From: an uncultured Nitrospinota bacterium
GTDB taxonomy: Bacteria; Tectomicrobia; Entotheonellia; J063; CAVPRW01
DNA length: 64,000 nt
Direction: 5' to 3'
Assembly (NCBI GenBank): GCA_963707985.1
Contig: CAVPRW010000033.1
Span: forward strand, 1-64,000
Part shown: positions 38,615 through 51,284 of the stretch, one piece after another
How the letters are laid out: each line of letters begins with the position of its first letter
Numbering within the stretch: the stretch's first letter is position 1
Program-made: the position numbers and the translations under genes
The notes under the pieces: model-generated
What the model saw: the letters and a program-made list of their open reading frames with translations, nothing else
Told to the model about the DNA's origin: nothing
Database searches by the model: none

Positions 38615-40740
38615 CTACCGTAGCCGATTGGCAAACACGCCCTCGACCAGCATCAAGGCAAGCAGGCAGATCAGGAACCAGCCTGCCAGCGACATCGGTT
38701 CGACTTGTGGGGGGTGAAATGGTTGCCCACGCTCCCACTCCACAAACGCAAAAGGACTCCCAGGAAACTTTTCCCGTACCTCGTCAGCTTCAATGGCAGA
38801 CATGTCTGATTCTTCGAGCGGTGTGTTGACTGCCACAAGCCCAACTTCTGGTCCCACACGCAGGCGGTAAAAGCCTGGAAACCGCGGCTCAGGAAAGTCG
38901 GCCCACCTCTGCCCGTCCCGGTCCTGAGGAAAGAGTCTGGTCTCTTTCCCTTGAGGATCGATGATGGTCACAAGTGCTTCCTTCGACGGCTCGGACACCT
39001 TGACGATGATCGGCTGCGGCAGACGTATATCGGTGGCGAGGCGGTCTTGACCTTCACGACGCGCCAGGTAGGCGACTCCCGTTTGAATGAGGGGCAAAAA
39101 GCCGGTCGTCACGGCCAGTTCGTTCCAATCCGCGTCACCCGTTGACGTATACAACAACACCCGTCCCTGCCCCGCTGTGCCTTCCAGGAGGAGAGGCCGG
39201 CCATCCGGCAGCGCCAGCAACACTCGCGTCGTTGGGGGCAACGAGGCGGTCTCGGTCGTGAACAGGCGTCGCACACGCACCCCCGCCACAGCGTCCTGTC
39301 CGCGCTCGGCCATAGGTTTGAAGATGGGGTGGTTGGGCTCAGGGCTCTGTAGCATTGCCGGATGACCTTCTGAACGATCAAGGGGTGAGCCGAGGCGGGC
39401 CGGGAGCAGGCGTGTGGGAGAGTCAAAGAGGGTCCGATTGTAGAGCGCCGGGTCAACCTGGTGTCCCAGGAACCACCAGACCCCCCCGCCCTGGTTGGCA
39501 AAGTCCATCAGGTGCGCGCGCAAATTGGTCGAGACCTGCCGCACATTGGCCAAGATCACGACGTCGAATTCCCCGAGCCGCAGCCGCTCCGCTTCTTCGA
39601 CCGGGACCACCCTGGGCTGGATTGGTCCCGGTCGATAAGCACGATCGGGGTTGAGCGCATTCATCAGATAAAAGGTCTCGCTGGCCACCAGCGTCGTCCG
39701 CGGGTCACCATCGATCAACAGGACCCGTAGGGCTTTTCTGACGGGCGTGCTGAAGTAGAAGACATCGTCAACGGGGAGGCCATCGCTGGCGAGGATAATC
39801 GTTCCTTGGCGGTAGCCGGGCTGATCGAAGGTCACGTCGAAGGCAGCCTCTGTGGCACTTTTCTTTGGTAGGTCAAGCAGCCGCTGCTCCAGGGTTTTGC
39901 CGTCAACGACCAGGCGAACAGACACTTGTTTGCGATCCACCACGCCGAAGTTGATGATGCTGGCGGTAAGTTTAGTCCGCACGCCAGCGACGGCGGTCGG
40001 CGAATCCAGGCGAACCTCCCGAACAGTTGCGTTGCTGGCCGTATCCGTCGGTCCAACGGCGATCACTGTGACCCGGACCTGCGGATCGAGCACCTTGAGG
40101 GTTGCAGGCTCAAAGCCGACCCAGGGGGTACGAGTATGATCGGTGATCACGACGATCTCTTTCTTCGGGGCTTCGCTTGTCTTCAGTAGGGCATAGGCAC
40201 GTTGGAAGGGTAGGACGAAACCTCCGGGCTCGACGGTATGGCCGAGATCTCTCACTTGTTGCATGAGCCCAGTACGATCACCACTCAGCGCCTGTGGAGG
40301 GGCATCAGGCGAGACGAGGGGCAACATCACCCCGTGATCCTGCGATCGGAACTCTTGGAGAACGAGCTCGGAGACCTCCTTGGCGAGATCCCAGGAGGTC
40401 AGGCCGGCTGTTTGGTAATCCATACTCATCGTGTTATCCAGGATCAGCACCACGGCGCGCGCCTGAGCGATCTGCGCCAGATCTCCGACCCGTGGTTGCA
40501 GCACAGGTTCCGCCAGAGCAGTGGTGAGCAAGAACAGAATCAGCGTACGCAGGGCCAGCAGTAGCCATTGTTTGACCCGGTACTTGCGGGCGACCCGACG
40601 CTCAGACCGGAGAACAAACTTGACGGTCGGGAACTGCACCACCCGCGCCCGGCGGCGATTAATCAGGTGGATGATCACCGGGATGCTGGCGGCCAACGCC
40701 CCCCATAGGAAGGCCGGATTGAGAAACGTTAACCACCCCA

Positions 40741-40741
<1 letters not shown>
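38615..40741 (-). CDS. BatA-domain/VWA membrane protein
   Basis: FLNPAFLWG...IPVIIHL, LLLALR, LDNTMSM, ITD, C-terminal TM helix. Confidence 0.85.
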
Positions 40742-41628
<887 letters not shown>

Positions 41629-41629
<1 letters not shown>

Positions 41630-42669
41630 CAGGGACGCTCGGGCTGGATCTCGACCAGCAAGCGATCGATGATTTGCAGCGAGGTAATGCGTTCCGCTTC
41701 GGCGGCGAAGTTGCTGATGATCCGATGGCGCAGGACCGACTTCGCCAGGGCCTGGACGTCCTCAATCGAGGCAGCAAAGCGTCCGTGCAGGACCGCCCGG
41801 GCTTTGGCGCCCAGGATGAGATATTGTGAGGCGCGCGGCCCCGCTCCCCAGTTGACCCATTCCTTGACGAAGGCTGGTGCCTGCGGATGTGATGGGCGTG
41901 TGGCCTGCACTAGCTTGACGGCATAACCCACCACATAGCGTGCGACTGGCACGCGACGTACGAGGTTCTGTAAGACGAGGATGCGCTCGGCGTCGAGGAC
42001 TTTGTCGAGCTGAGCCTGATAGGCCGATGTGGTGGCTTCGACGATCTGCACCTCTTGCTCGAAGTCAGGGTATTCGATGCCGACGTTGAACATGAAGCGG
42101 TCGAGCTGGGCCTCGGGCAGGGGATACGTACCCTCTTGTTCGATAGGGTTCTGTGTCGCCAGGACAAAAAATGGCAGATCGAGTGGATAGGTCCGGCCGC
42201 CCGCAGTGACCTTATATTCCTGCATTGCTTGTAGCAGGGCCGCTTGCGTTTTGGGCGGGGTGCGGTTGATCTCATCAGCAAGCAGCACATTGGTGAAGAT
42301 CGGCCCCTTCAGGAAGACAAAGGCGCGATGGCCAGTCGTGACCTCCTCTTCCAGGATGTCGGTGCCGGTGATGTCGGACGGCATGAGGTCCGGGGTGAAC
42401 TGCACGCGATTGAAGGTGAGGTCGAGCACGCTGGCCAAGGTGCTGATCAGCAACGTCTTCGCCAGCCCTGGGACGCCGACGAGCAGGCAATGGCCGCGCG
42501 AGAACAGCGCGATGAGTAGCTCTTCGATCACCGGCTTTTGGCCAACGATAACCTTTTCTAACTGGCCGACAACGCGGTCGCGCGCTGCCGCGATCTCCTC
42601 CGCTGTGCGCCGATCATCCTGGCCCAGGGGGTGTTCAATAGGCATGGGTGAGGTCTGTACGTCTGCCAT
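41629..42669 (-). CDS. moxR: MoxR family AAA+ ATPase
   Basis: [51 protein letters not shown]. Confidence 0.95.
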
Positions 42670-42776
42670 CCTTGTCCTTTCGCGAGTCTTGGTGCCTGTG
42701 AATCTCTGAACCTAGGGCAAAGTAGAGATAAAAAGTCTATTAGCTAGACGCGGTCATACTCCTTGAGAGGCGTCCA

Positions 42777-44354
42777 TTACCTTCCTATCAACTTCATGGT
42801 GACACTCGCCTCGCGCTGAGCGGCCTCGGCATCGCCCGCCTGTTGGTACAGTTCTGCCAAGTACCGATGCGGCAGTGGATCGAAGGGGTTGATCTGAATG
42901 GCGTGCTCGTAGTGCTGACGAGCTTTTTCCGGCTCGCCGAGGTGTCGATACACATCGCCCAGCGTGGTGTGCGAAGTGCTGTAATCGGGATACACCTCCA
43001 GGGCGTGTAAGAGGTGCGACACCGCCTCTTGCGGTCGCTGGGCCGTGAGCAGCGCGCGGGCTAATTTATTGAGCACGAAGGGTGCATCGGGGTTCCCCTT
43101 GCGAGCGCGCTCGTAGTAATAGACAGCGCCATCGAAACGGCTGCGCTGACGCATCAGATCGCCGAGCGATAGATCCCGTTCTACCGCGGCCGATTGCAAT
43201 GCATCCTGCTCCAACCGATCCTCATCGCGCTCGTTGTTCTCGACCACCTTGAACTGGGTCAATTGCACGCCCGCCACTGGTGTGAGCTGCTTAACCGCCA
43301 AAAACTGCTTCCATGCGTCCTCGAAGGACGAGAAGGGGAGGGCCAACACCTGCTCGATAGGGCCTTTGGCGCCCCGGCTATCGCTCCGCGCCATCGCCAA
43401 AAAGATTTCGCGTAATCCCGGGTATCCCACCCGACTGAGCATGAACTCGACCGATGAAGCCGCCTCGGCATAGGCTAGCTGCACTTGCTGCGGGGTTTCG
43501 AGACGCACCAGCGACGGTTCCATCTGTTCAAAGGTGACGAAGTCTCCCGTCCGTAGCGCCTCTGCCAGCAGCGTGCGATTCAACGGATTGAGGTACAGCG
43601 AGGTCGCACTGCGCCAGCGGGACTCTTCGTGTTTGGCCACCCCTTCGTGGATCCAGATGGGGGCTTTGTCATCACTGAGCTTGACGATGACGTAGTGCAC
43701 GTACTCATGGACCAGGGCATCTAACCAGCGATACCCCCGCAACAGCACGCGCGGGGAGAGCACCATCACCTTATCGAATTTGCAGATACCCACGGCCCCG
43801 GCGACTTCGATGTCGCGCTTCGAAAGAGACGAGGCCGCGTGAAATCGTTCGTGATCCGGGAAGATTTCGATGCGGACCGGCGCGCTCGGCCGCTGACCCA
43901 GGTCTCCTCCAAGCACCTCATAGGCCTTCTCAAGTGCAGCCAGTGCATATTCCGCTAGCACGCCATCGCGCTCGTCCTGCAATCGAACCATGAAATGCGG
44001 ACTGGTGTAGGTCTTGAAATCCCGGACCGCCCAGGCGGTTTGTTCGCTGAAAGCCTTCCAGCCTTTGGCATACTCGTTCGTGGGCTCGGCTGCGATCCAT
44101 TGTTCGGCCCAACGCGTCGCTTCCGTATATTCGCCACGATACAACGAGGCCTTCGTGAGGAGGGCCAGCACTTTAGGATCGTCTGGCCGCTGACGCTGGA
44201 TGGGCTGGGCGAGTCGATAGGCCTCCTCCCCATCCCAGCGATTCAGGGCAGCTTCCGCCTCGGAGAACGTATCCTGTGCCCAGGCGGGAGCCACCGCAAT
44301 GAGGAAAACCAGTATGACGATGCACCTAAAGCCCAGCTTCGTTTTCACAGACAT
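42777..44354 (-). CDS. Secreted peptidase-MA-like metalloprotease with TPR repeats
   Basis: Signal peptide ending AWA; HEYVH followed by WIHEGVA; flanking TPRs. Confidence 0.8.
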   Translation of the reverse strand: MSVKTKLGFRCIVILVFLIAVAPAWAQDTFSEAEAALNRWDGEEAYRLAQPIQRQRPDDPKVLALLTKASLYRGEYTEATRWAEQWIAAEPTNEYAKGWKAFSEQTAWAVRDFKTYTSPHFMVRLQDERDGVLAEYALAALEKAYEVLGGDLGQRPSAPVRIEIFPDHERFHAASSLSKRDIEVAGAVGICKFDKVMVLSPRVLLRGYRWLDALVHEYVHYVIVKLSDDKAPIWIHEGVAKHEESRWRSATSLYLNPLNRTLLAEALRTGDFVTFEQMEPSLVRLETPQQVQLAYAEAASSVEFMLSRVGYPGLREIFLAMARSDSRGAKGPIEQVLALPFSSFEDAWKQFLAVKQLTPVAGVQLTQFKVVENNERDEDRLEQDALQSAAVERDLSLGDLMRQRSRFDGAVYYYERARKGNPDAPFVLNKLARALLTAQRPQEAVSHLLHALEVYPDYSTSHTTLGDVYRHLGEPEKARQHYEHAIQINPFDPLPHRYLAELYQQAGDAEAAQREASVTMKLIGR

Positions 44355-44454
44355 GTCTTCGCTTCCCACACCTCGCACAGCCGCTCCTACCCTGACATCC
44401 TCCCCCTACCCCTCTTCTGGAGGGAGAGAGCGCTCTCAGGCAAGGGGTATCCGA

Positions 44455-47400
44455 TCACTCCGTCAGGTTCTTGAAGTATTGTTCGATCTGACCCTTGAAT
44501 TGCGATGGGGCGCCCCGCTTCAGGGCCTCCATGATCTCCTCACGAAATTGCCTCGGAGCTTTGAATTCTTCCTTGCCGGGGATTTTGAAATCCCGGGTGT
44601 TGATGCCCATGCGGCCCTGATTTTGCGGCGAGCGGTCGGGGAATGGTGGCGGATTGAATGCAAAGGGATCCCCCGGCCGACGCAGCACCATCGGCACGGG
44701 AATCTGCCCCATCTGGCCGCGTTGGGCCATCTGCTGCATCGCCTGCTGCATGGCTTGCTGCCCTTGCGACAGACGCTGCAGAGCCTCCTCCTCAGGAGGA
44801 ATAGCCTGGCGCGCCAGGCGGTCGCTGAGCTTACCCTGGGCCTCACCCATGAATTCGCCCGCCTCACCGATCTGCTGCCGTAACTCTGGACTCAGAAATG
44901 GGTTGAACTGGGATAGCTGGTCGAGACGATGTTTCAAGGCCTCGGTACGCTCGCGCACCGCGTGCTGACGCTGACCCAACTGTTCAAGCTCCTCACCCTG
45001 CTGCGGGTCCAAGAGCTCTTGACCATCGAGGTTATTGAGGTTGGCCAGGCGCTGTTGCGACTGGGCCAACATCTCGCGCAGGCCTTGGAGCTTGGCTTGC
45101 AGCTCCGGATGGTGACGTAAGAATTCTTCCCATCCAGGCGACGGGTGCTGTTGCATGGCTGACAATTCCTGCACCGCCTCCTGCATGGCGCGGAGCAACT
45201 CGCCAGTGTCCTCCGGTGTCGATTGTCGTGTAACGCGGTCGAGGGCCCGATCCAGGCGATTCATCGATGGGGTATGGTTGCGCGACCGGTGCTGGTCACC
45301 CTGGGGTGTACGCCCAGCCTCCTGCATCTGGCGCTGCGCCTCGTAGATTGCCTCGCGCACCTGTTCTTGCAGCGGCTCGAAGTCGCGCCGCTGTTGCTCA
45401 TTGATGCGCTGATGCAGGTTCTTATCGATGCCAGTGGTATCGCGCAGGATTTCGGATTGCTCGCGCATGATCTGGTCGAGTTCGCTTTGGGCGCGCTCCA
45501 TGCCGCTCTGCTGTTGGCCAAACGGCATGGACTGGGCAAACCTCTGGGCACTCTGTAGGGCGGCCAGCATCTGATTCAAGGAGCGCAGCAGGTCCTCGGC
45601 TAGCCGTTTAGCGTCCGCCAGGTTGCCCTGCTGTAATTGCTGGCGCAATTGCTGGAGCGTTTGCATCATCTCGCTTAGCTCGAGATTTTGCAGGGCTTCG
45701 CTATTGAGAAACTCGTCGGGGAGTTGCGATGGCAGCTTCGACAAGGCTTCCATCAGAGCTTGCATGGCTTTTTCCAGCTCATTGAGCTCACGCTCTAAGG
45801 CCTCCCGCGTGGCTGTATCCATCTCCTTGCCGAGTTTATCGAGATCAGTCAACGCGTCCAGCAGGTTTTTTTGCGTGCGAGCCATGCGCTGCGCCAGGTT
45901 TTCCACATCACGCATCTTGGCGCGTTTGCCAATGTCCTGGGCGAACAGGGCCAGGCGCTCCAGCTCCGATTGCGCCGCCTCCTGCTTGCTCAATGCCCGG
46001 TCGAGCGCTGGCGCGTTGGTTTCGGGTGGCTGAGGCTCGAGCGGCTGCGGGCTGCGTGACGAGGTGCTTGGCGACTGCCGCTGACCTGATGACGGGGAGA
46101 GTTGGCGTCGCGCCTCCCCCATCAGAGTGTCCTGTGTGAAGTTCAGGTTTTCGCGCAATGTCCGGGTATCTTCGTAACGTGTGTAATCGCTCAGGTAGTC
46201 CCGTTCGAGCGACTGTAACATCTGGTCCATCTGCGAGACCAGATCCTGGGCCTGCTGTTGCAGCTCAGCCTGCCGAGCTGCCAGCTCCTGGGCTGCAGTG
46301 GGGTCTCGTGGCATGGGCTCTTGCGCCAGATCAGCGGTGCGCGCGTTGAGCTCAAGCTGATCGGCGAGGAGATCGACCAACTTCTCAGCCACATGCTGCT
46401 GCATCTCATCGAGCCGATGATGCTCCTCCTCTCGGCTCTTGATGCGCAGGACATGGGTGGCGGAGACGCCGCGCTTGGGGCCGGACACCGTGTCGTTATC
46501 CCAAACCTCGACATAATAGGATACTGATTCACCCGCGGCGCCGAAGAGGTCGGTGACATCCCAGAAATATCGTCCTTGGTAGTGTCTGGCCGCTCCATCG
46601 ACCCGGTCGATAACGACGCGTTTCTCCCCAAAGGGTCCAGCGCGATAGACCAAGGCAAGTTCCGTCACACCAAAATCGTCGCGCGCCTCGTACTCCAGGA
46701 TGATCACCCGCCCCTCTTCGATCTCCAGGTCGGGTTCTGGCGCCAGCAGGTCGATCTGCGGCGCCGCGTCAGGGATGACATCGATGCGATAGGCGAGCTG
46801 ATCCTGATTGGTGAAGCCCAAGGCATCTTGCACCTCGACGCGATACCCGCCGGGTTTCGTGATGATTGCTGTCGCTTGCAGAAGACCGTCAGAGCGGATG
46901 AGTAGAGGCAGCTGCGTGTTGTCGTCGAACACCAGTTGCCCGCGTGCGATGGGTTTATTGGCGGCCATCCGGAGGCGGACTTCGGAGCCGGCCAGGGCCT
47001 CGATGTGCCCGCTCCCCTCCTCGATTTTGGCGGGGAGGCCGGTGTAATCCGGATACTGATAACGGACGTGGAAATTCCCCACCTCTGGAGCCTCGACGAC
47101 CTCGACCTCCCCCACGTCCGAGGCGGCCGATCCGGCGATGGCCTGGAATTTGACCGGTTCGCGTAGGGTGGCGATGGTATGGCGAAAAGTGCCCTGACCC
47201 GCTGCGACCATCTTCTCCTGGCGTTCCTTACTAGCCTGCCAGATGTGCAGATGAACCGTGGAGGGAAGCTGTCCACTCGCCAGCGCCTGCACGGTTAAGG
47301 GCTGACCAACGAGAAGATGACGCGGATAGTTGTCTAAGGCGAGGATGGTGGGTTGCGTGCCCAAAAGATCGAATGGATGGAGGAGCTGCACTACCGATGC

Positions 47401-47931
47401 GGTGAGCAGTTGCGGAGCGAGCCAGGCCACTCCCAGTACGGCGACCAGCAGCGGCGCCGCCACTCGTACCTGACGCCACACGCCACGGCTGTCGATCAAC
47501 GACTGACGGCTCAGAGCACCGATCTGTTGGTGGGTCGCTTCCAATAAGCCTTGAACAAGATCGACAGAGATACCGCCTTCAGGATGTTTCTGCAGGGACT
47601 CTGGGAGCTGTAGAGCGCTGATCAGATGATTATGCAGCGCGGGATGTCGGGCTTCAACATAGAGTGCGGCGGTCTCGAGGGAGCATCGCTGCAAACATGC
47701 GCTTCCCAGCCAAATCAGCGCCACTGCCGTGGCGACCCAGGCCAGCACCGTGAAGCAGCTTACAAGTAACGGTTGTGTCGAGGCCAACGGCAGCAAGCCG
47801 GTGCCCAACAAAAGGGCGGTCAGCCACACGATCAGTACGACCAAGAGCCGCTCGATGATCGTGGTGACATGCAAGCGTCGCGCGATACGCTTGATAAAGG
47901 TATAAATCACGCGTTGATGCGTCGATTTCAT
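44455..47931 (-). CDS. DUF4175-like membrane-anchored coiled-coil protein
   Basis: Three N-terminal TM helices, PDYTG and DDFG beta domains, long Gln/Glu-rich coiled coil, YFKNL end. Confidence 0.8.
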   Translation of the reverse strand: MKSTHQRVIYTFIKRIARRLHVTTIIERLLVVLIVWLTALLLGTGLLPLASTQPLLVSCFTVLAWVATAVALIWLGSACLQRCSLETAALYVEARHPALHNHLISALQLPESLQKHPEGGISVDLVQGLLEATHQQIGALSRQSLIDSRGVWRQVRVAAPLLVAVLGVAWLAPQLLTASVVQLLHPFDLLGTQPTILALDNYPRHLLVGQPLTVQALASGQLPSTVHLHIWQASKERQEKMVAAGQGTFRHTIATLREPVKFQAIAGSAASDVGEVEVVEAPEVGNFHVRYQYPDYTGLPAKIEEGSGHIEALAGSEVRLRMAANKPIARGQLVFDDNTQLPLLIRSDGLLQATAIITKPGGYRVEVQDALGFTNQDQLAYRIDVIPDAAPQIDLLAPEPDLEIEEGRVIILEYEARDDFGVTELALVYRAGPFGEKRVVIDRVDGAARHYQGRYFWDVTDLFGAAGESVSYYVEVWDNDTVSGPKRGVSATHVLRIKSREEEHHRLDEMQQHVAEKLVDLLADQLELNARTADLAQEPMPRDPTAAQELAARQAELQQQAQDLVSQMDQMLQSLERDYLSDYTRYEDTRTLRENLNFTQDTLMGEARRQLSPSSGQRQSPSTSSRSPQPLEPQPPETNAPALDRALSKQEAAQSELERLALFAQDIGKRAKMRDVENLAQRMARTQKNLLDALTDLDKLGKEMDTATREALERELNELEKAMQALMEALSKLPSQLPDEFLNSEALQNLELSEMMQTLQQLRQQLQQGNLADAKRLAEDLLRSLNQMLAALQSAQRFAQSMPFGQQQSGMERAQSELDQIMREQSEILRDTTGIDKNLHQRINEQQRRDFEPLQEQVREAIYEAQRQMQEAGRTPQGDQHRSRNHTPSMNRLDRALDRVTRQSTPEDTGELLRAMQEAVQELSAMQQHPSPGWEEFLRHHPELQAKLQGLREMLAQSQQRLANLNNLDGQELLDPQQGEELEQLGQRQHAVRERTEALKHRLDQLSQFNPFLSPELRQQIGEAGEFMGEAQGKLSDRLARQAIPPEEEALQRLSQGQQAMQQAMQQMAQRGQMGQIPVPMVLRRPGDPFAFNPPPFPDRSPQNQGRMGINTRDFKIPGKEEFKAPRQFREEIMEALKRGAPSQFKGQIEQYFKNLTE

Positions 47932-47985
47932 AGGGACCTATCCTCACCGGGCGTGGCATCGTTACCCCCCATCTTCCAGGGACGA

Positions 47986-48183
47986 TCATTGGCCCTCCTC
48001 TAGCCGCCGGAGGAGCCGTATGACTTTCTCATCGTCCTCGGGCTCCAGCCTCGCCTTGGCGTCCAGTCCTTCACGAACCAGGCGTGCGACGCCTCCCCCG
48101 CCCTCCTCCAGGATCAAATCGACCAAGTAGCCGCCGATGATGCCGCGCAATTTGGTGAAAATCTGGTCTGGCGGGTCAGCCAT
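47986..48183 (-). CDS. Small hypothetical protein, first gene of the operon
   Basis: ATG with GAGG RBS just downstream of a consensus promoter. Confidence 0.6.
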   Translation of the reverse strand: MADPPDQIFTKLRGIIGGYLVDLILEEGGGGVARLVREGLDAKARLEPEDDEKVIRLLRRLEEGQ

Positions 48184-48225
48184 GGCCTGTTCCTCAAAGG
48201 ACCGGGGATTCCTAGCACAGGCGTC

Positions 48226-48254
48226 ATTATGGAAAGGGCTTCTGGCGATGTCAA
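48226..48254 (-). promoter_or_regulatory. Sigma-70 promoter of the MoxR/DUF4175 operon
   Basis: TTGACA-17 nt-CATAAT. Confidence 0.75.
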
Positions 48255-48327
48255 GCATAAAACCGGCCTTTCCCAAGCCCCCCGAAACCTCTGTAGTACA
48301 AGCCAAAAGTGCCAGTTGAACAGGCGA

Positions 48328-48356
48328 TTGACACCTCGCCAGCGGACGCGTATGAT
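48328..48356 (+). promoter_or_regulatory. Sigma-70 promoter of the glc operon
   Basis: TTGACA-17 nt-TATGAT. Confidence 0.75.
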
Positions 48357-48404
48357 AGCCTCGCTATCGTCCGAAGCCGCATTCAGAGCCTCTTGGGTGT
48401 GACT

Positions 48405-49856
48405 ATGCTGAAACCAGACATCATCCAAGCATTACAACGCCTTGTCGGAACCGTCAATGTCCTGACCGAGCCGGAAGAAAAGCTCGTCTATGAGTGCGAT
48501 GGACTCACCATGTTCAAGGCCACGCCGGAGGTCGTGGTGTTTCCCACCTCGACGCCGCTGGTGGCGGAGGTCGTCCGCCTGGCGCATGATGCCCACATCC
48601 CGTTTGTCGCCCGTGGGGGAGGGACCGGCCTGAGCGGCGGGGCCTTGGCGGTTGAGGGCGGCATGATGATCGCTCTGACGAAGCTCAATCGCATCCTGGA
48701 AATCGATCTCGACAACCAGCGGGCGATTGTCCAGCCGGGCGTCGTCAATCTCTGGATCACCCAGGCTGTGTCGGCCCAGGGCTACTACTACGCACCTGAT
48801 CCTTCCAGCCAACAAGCCTGCACGATCGGTGGGAATGTGGCGGAGAATTCCGGCGGTCCCCACACCCTCAAATACGGGGTGACCACCAATCATGTACTGG
48901 GCCTCGAGGTCGTCTTGCCCGACGGGCAAACCATTGACACCGGTGGGCCGGCGGAAGATTATCCCGGCTATGATCTCACCGGCATCCTGGTCGGCTCGGA
49001 AGGGACGCTCGGCATCGTCACCAACATCATCGTCCGCCTGCTGCGCAAAACCGAAGCCGTCAAGACTCTGATGGCTGTATTCGAGAGTATGGATGACGCG
49101 AGTAACACTGTATCAGACGTGATCAGTCAGGGAATTGTTCCCGCCGCCATCGAGATGATGGATCAACTAGCATTAGAAGCCGTGGAGGCATATATCCACG
49201 CCGGGTATCCTACGGATGCCGGTGGGGTGCTGCTGATCGAACTCGATGGCCTGCGCGATGGTATGGAAGAAATCGCTGCGCAGATCGCTGACATCGCTCG
49301 TCAACACCACGCTCGGGAAGTACGCCTGGCTCGCGATGACCGCGAGCGTGAGTTGCTCTGGCTCGGTCGTAAACGGGCTTTCGGCGCCATGGGGCGAATC
49401 AGCCCCAGTTACTACGTCCAGGACGGGGTCATCCCGCGCACACGATTGCCGGAAGTGCTGCGCCATATCCGAGACATCTCCACACGCTATGGCATACGTA
49501 TCGCCAATGTGTTCCATGCCGGCGATGGTAATCTGCACCCCTTGCTCTTATTCGATGAACGCGACCCCGATCAGCGGGATCGAGTGCTGCAAGCCAGTGA
49601 AGAGATCCTCCGCGTTTGCGCCGCTGTGGGGGGTAGCCTCAGCGGCGAGCATGGTATTGGCGTCGAGAAACGGGAAGATATGCCGCTGGTTTTCACTGAG
49701 CAAGATCTGGCCGCCATGCAGAAAGTGCGGGCGGTGTTCAACCCCCAGAATCTCTGCAATCCCGGCAAAATCTTCCCAACGCCCGGGCGCTGTGTCGAGC
49801 TCGGCCCACCGGTCACCGAAAAGGTCGTCAACGGGGTGCGGATCGAGCGCTTCTAG
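48405..49856 (+). CDS. glcD: Glycolate oxidase FAD subunit GlcD
   Basis: RGGGTGLSGG, PDPSS, GGPHTLKYG, HAGDGNLHP, GEHGIG, NPGK. Confidence 0.9.
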   Translation: MLKPDIIQALQRLVGTVNVLTEPEEKLVYECDGLTMFKATPEVVVFPTSTPLVAEVVRLAHDAHIPFVARGGGTGLSGGALAVEGGMMIALTKLNRILEIDLDNQRAIVQPGVVNLWITQAVSAQGYYYAPDPSSQQACTIGGNVAENSGGPHTLKYGVTTNHVLGLEVVLPDGQTIDTGGPAEDYPGYDLTGILVGSEGTLGIVTNIIVRLLRKTEAVKTLMAVFESMDDASNTVSDVISQGIVPAAIEMMDQLALEAVEAYIHAGYPTDAGGVLLIELDGLRDGMEEIAAQIADIARQHHAREVRLARDDRERELLWLGRKRAFGAMGRISPSYYVQDGVIPRTRLPEVLRHIRDISTRYGIRIANVFHAGDGNLHPLLLFDERDPDQRDRVLQASEEILRVCAAVGGSLSGEHGIGVEKREDMPLVFTEQDLAAMQKVRAVFNPQNLCNPGKIFPTPGRCVELGPPVTEKVVNGVRIERF

Positions 49857-49915
49857 TCCGGCTATCAATGCGGTCATGTGCTATGCTGTTAAGGTGAACA
49901 CTGGTGGCAGTTCCT

Positions 49916-51271
49916 ATGGCTGACGCAGCTAAAGTTATCGAAGAACTACGGGCGATCGTTGGCGTCGAGTGCGTCCAAGCCATGACGGCGCTGGATGCCT
50001 ACCACGTTGACGGGCGGGCGCCCTGGGCCGTCATCACCCCCGGCGACATCAACCAGCTAGCGGCAGTGCTAGCGACGGCCCATCGCGAAGAACTGGCGGT
50101 CGTTCCCTGGGGTGGGGGAACAACGATGGCCATGGGGCACCCGCCAGAGCGGCTCGATCTCGTCCTGTCGTTAACGCGGCTCAATCGTGTCCTCGATCAC
50201 GAACCAGCAGACTTGACCGCCCGCGTGCAGGCTGGCATCACCATGGCTGCATTGCAGGCTCAATTGGGAAGCCGTCGGCAATGGTGGCCCGTCGACCCGC
50301 CTCTTCCCGCTACAGCAACGGTCGGGGGGGTGCTGGCGTCCAATGCCAGTGGGCCCAAGCGCTTGCTGTACGGCACAGCGCGCGACTTGCTCATCGGCAT
50401 CACCGTGGTACACGGTGATGGCACCATTTCGAAAGCTGGGGGGAAGGTCACTAAGAACGTCACCGGCTATGATATGATGAAGTTGTACATCGGTTCTCTC
50501 GGCACCCTTGCCGTCATCGCCGAGGCGACGCTCAAGCTTCGTCCCTTACCCTCAAACCAGGAACTCATATGGTCGACATTCTCCAGTCGCGAAGCCGCCA
50601 TAGAAACGGCTCAAACACTGATGGCTCGTGGATTGTTGCCGAATGCGGTGGAGTTGGTCAACCCACCTGTCACAGCCTGGTTGCGCCAGAAGCTCGATGG
50701 CCAGGAAGGGTGTGAAGGGTGGTCGCTTGTCGTCGGCATCGATGGTGCTGAACCGGCTGTCGTTCGGCAACGTCGCGAGATCGATACTCTCAGCCAGGCG
50801 GGCGGAGCCACCTCCTGCTGGACAGGCTCAGACGATGGACGCCTGTGGCAGGCATTGCAGAGTCGGTTTCGTCTCGAGGGTCCGGCGCGAGTGGGGCACG
50901 TGGTCTGTCGAATTGGAACCGTCCGCACACACCTCGGCGCGATCCTTGACCGGTTCACCGAGCTGGGGTCCCGCCTGAACGCTCCTGCTGAGCTCTGTGC
51001 CCGTTTCGGCAACGGCCTCGTCTATGGGAGCTTTCCACTGCAAGAGGATGGCGAGGAACCAATAGACTTGATCCGGACGCTGACGGAGATACGTGCGGAT
51101 CTCGCCTCCAAACGGGGGTATCTGGTCGTTGAAAGCGCTCCCCCCGCGTTCAAAGCGTGGTTTGATTGCTGGGGAGATGTGGGTCCGCAAATTGAGGTCA
51201 TGGCTGGCCTCAAGCGTGCCTTCGACCCACGGCGGGTATTGAATCCGGGGCGTTTCGTGCATCATCTGTAA
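49916..51271 (+). CDS. glcE: Glycolate oxidase FAD subunit GlcE
   Basis: HEPADLT, GGKVTKNVTGYD, GSLGTL, FDP...NPGRF. Confidence 0.88.
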   Translation: MADAAKVIEELRAIVGVECVQAMTALDAYHVDGRAPWAVITPGDINQLAAVLATAHREELAVVPWGGGTTMAMGHPPERLDLVLSLTRLNRVLDHEPADLTARVQAGITMAALQAQLGSRRQWWPVDPPLPATATVGGVLASNASGPKRLLYGTARDLLIGITVVHGDGTISKAGGKVTKNVTGYDMMKLYIGSLGTLAVIAEATLKLRPLPSNQELIWSTFSSREAAIETAQTLMARGLLPNAVELVNPPVTAWLRQKLDGQEGCEGWSLVVGIDGAEPAVVRQRREIDTLSQAGGATSCWTGSDDGRLWQALQSRFRLEGPARVGHVVCRIGTVRTHLGAILDRFTELGSRLNAPAELCARFGNGLVYGSFPLQEDGEEPIDLIRTLTEIRADLASKRGYLVVESAPPAFKAWFDCWGDVGPQIEVMAGLKRAFDPRRVLNPGRFVHHL

Positions 51272-51284
51272 AAGAAGGGTTCCC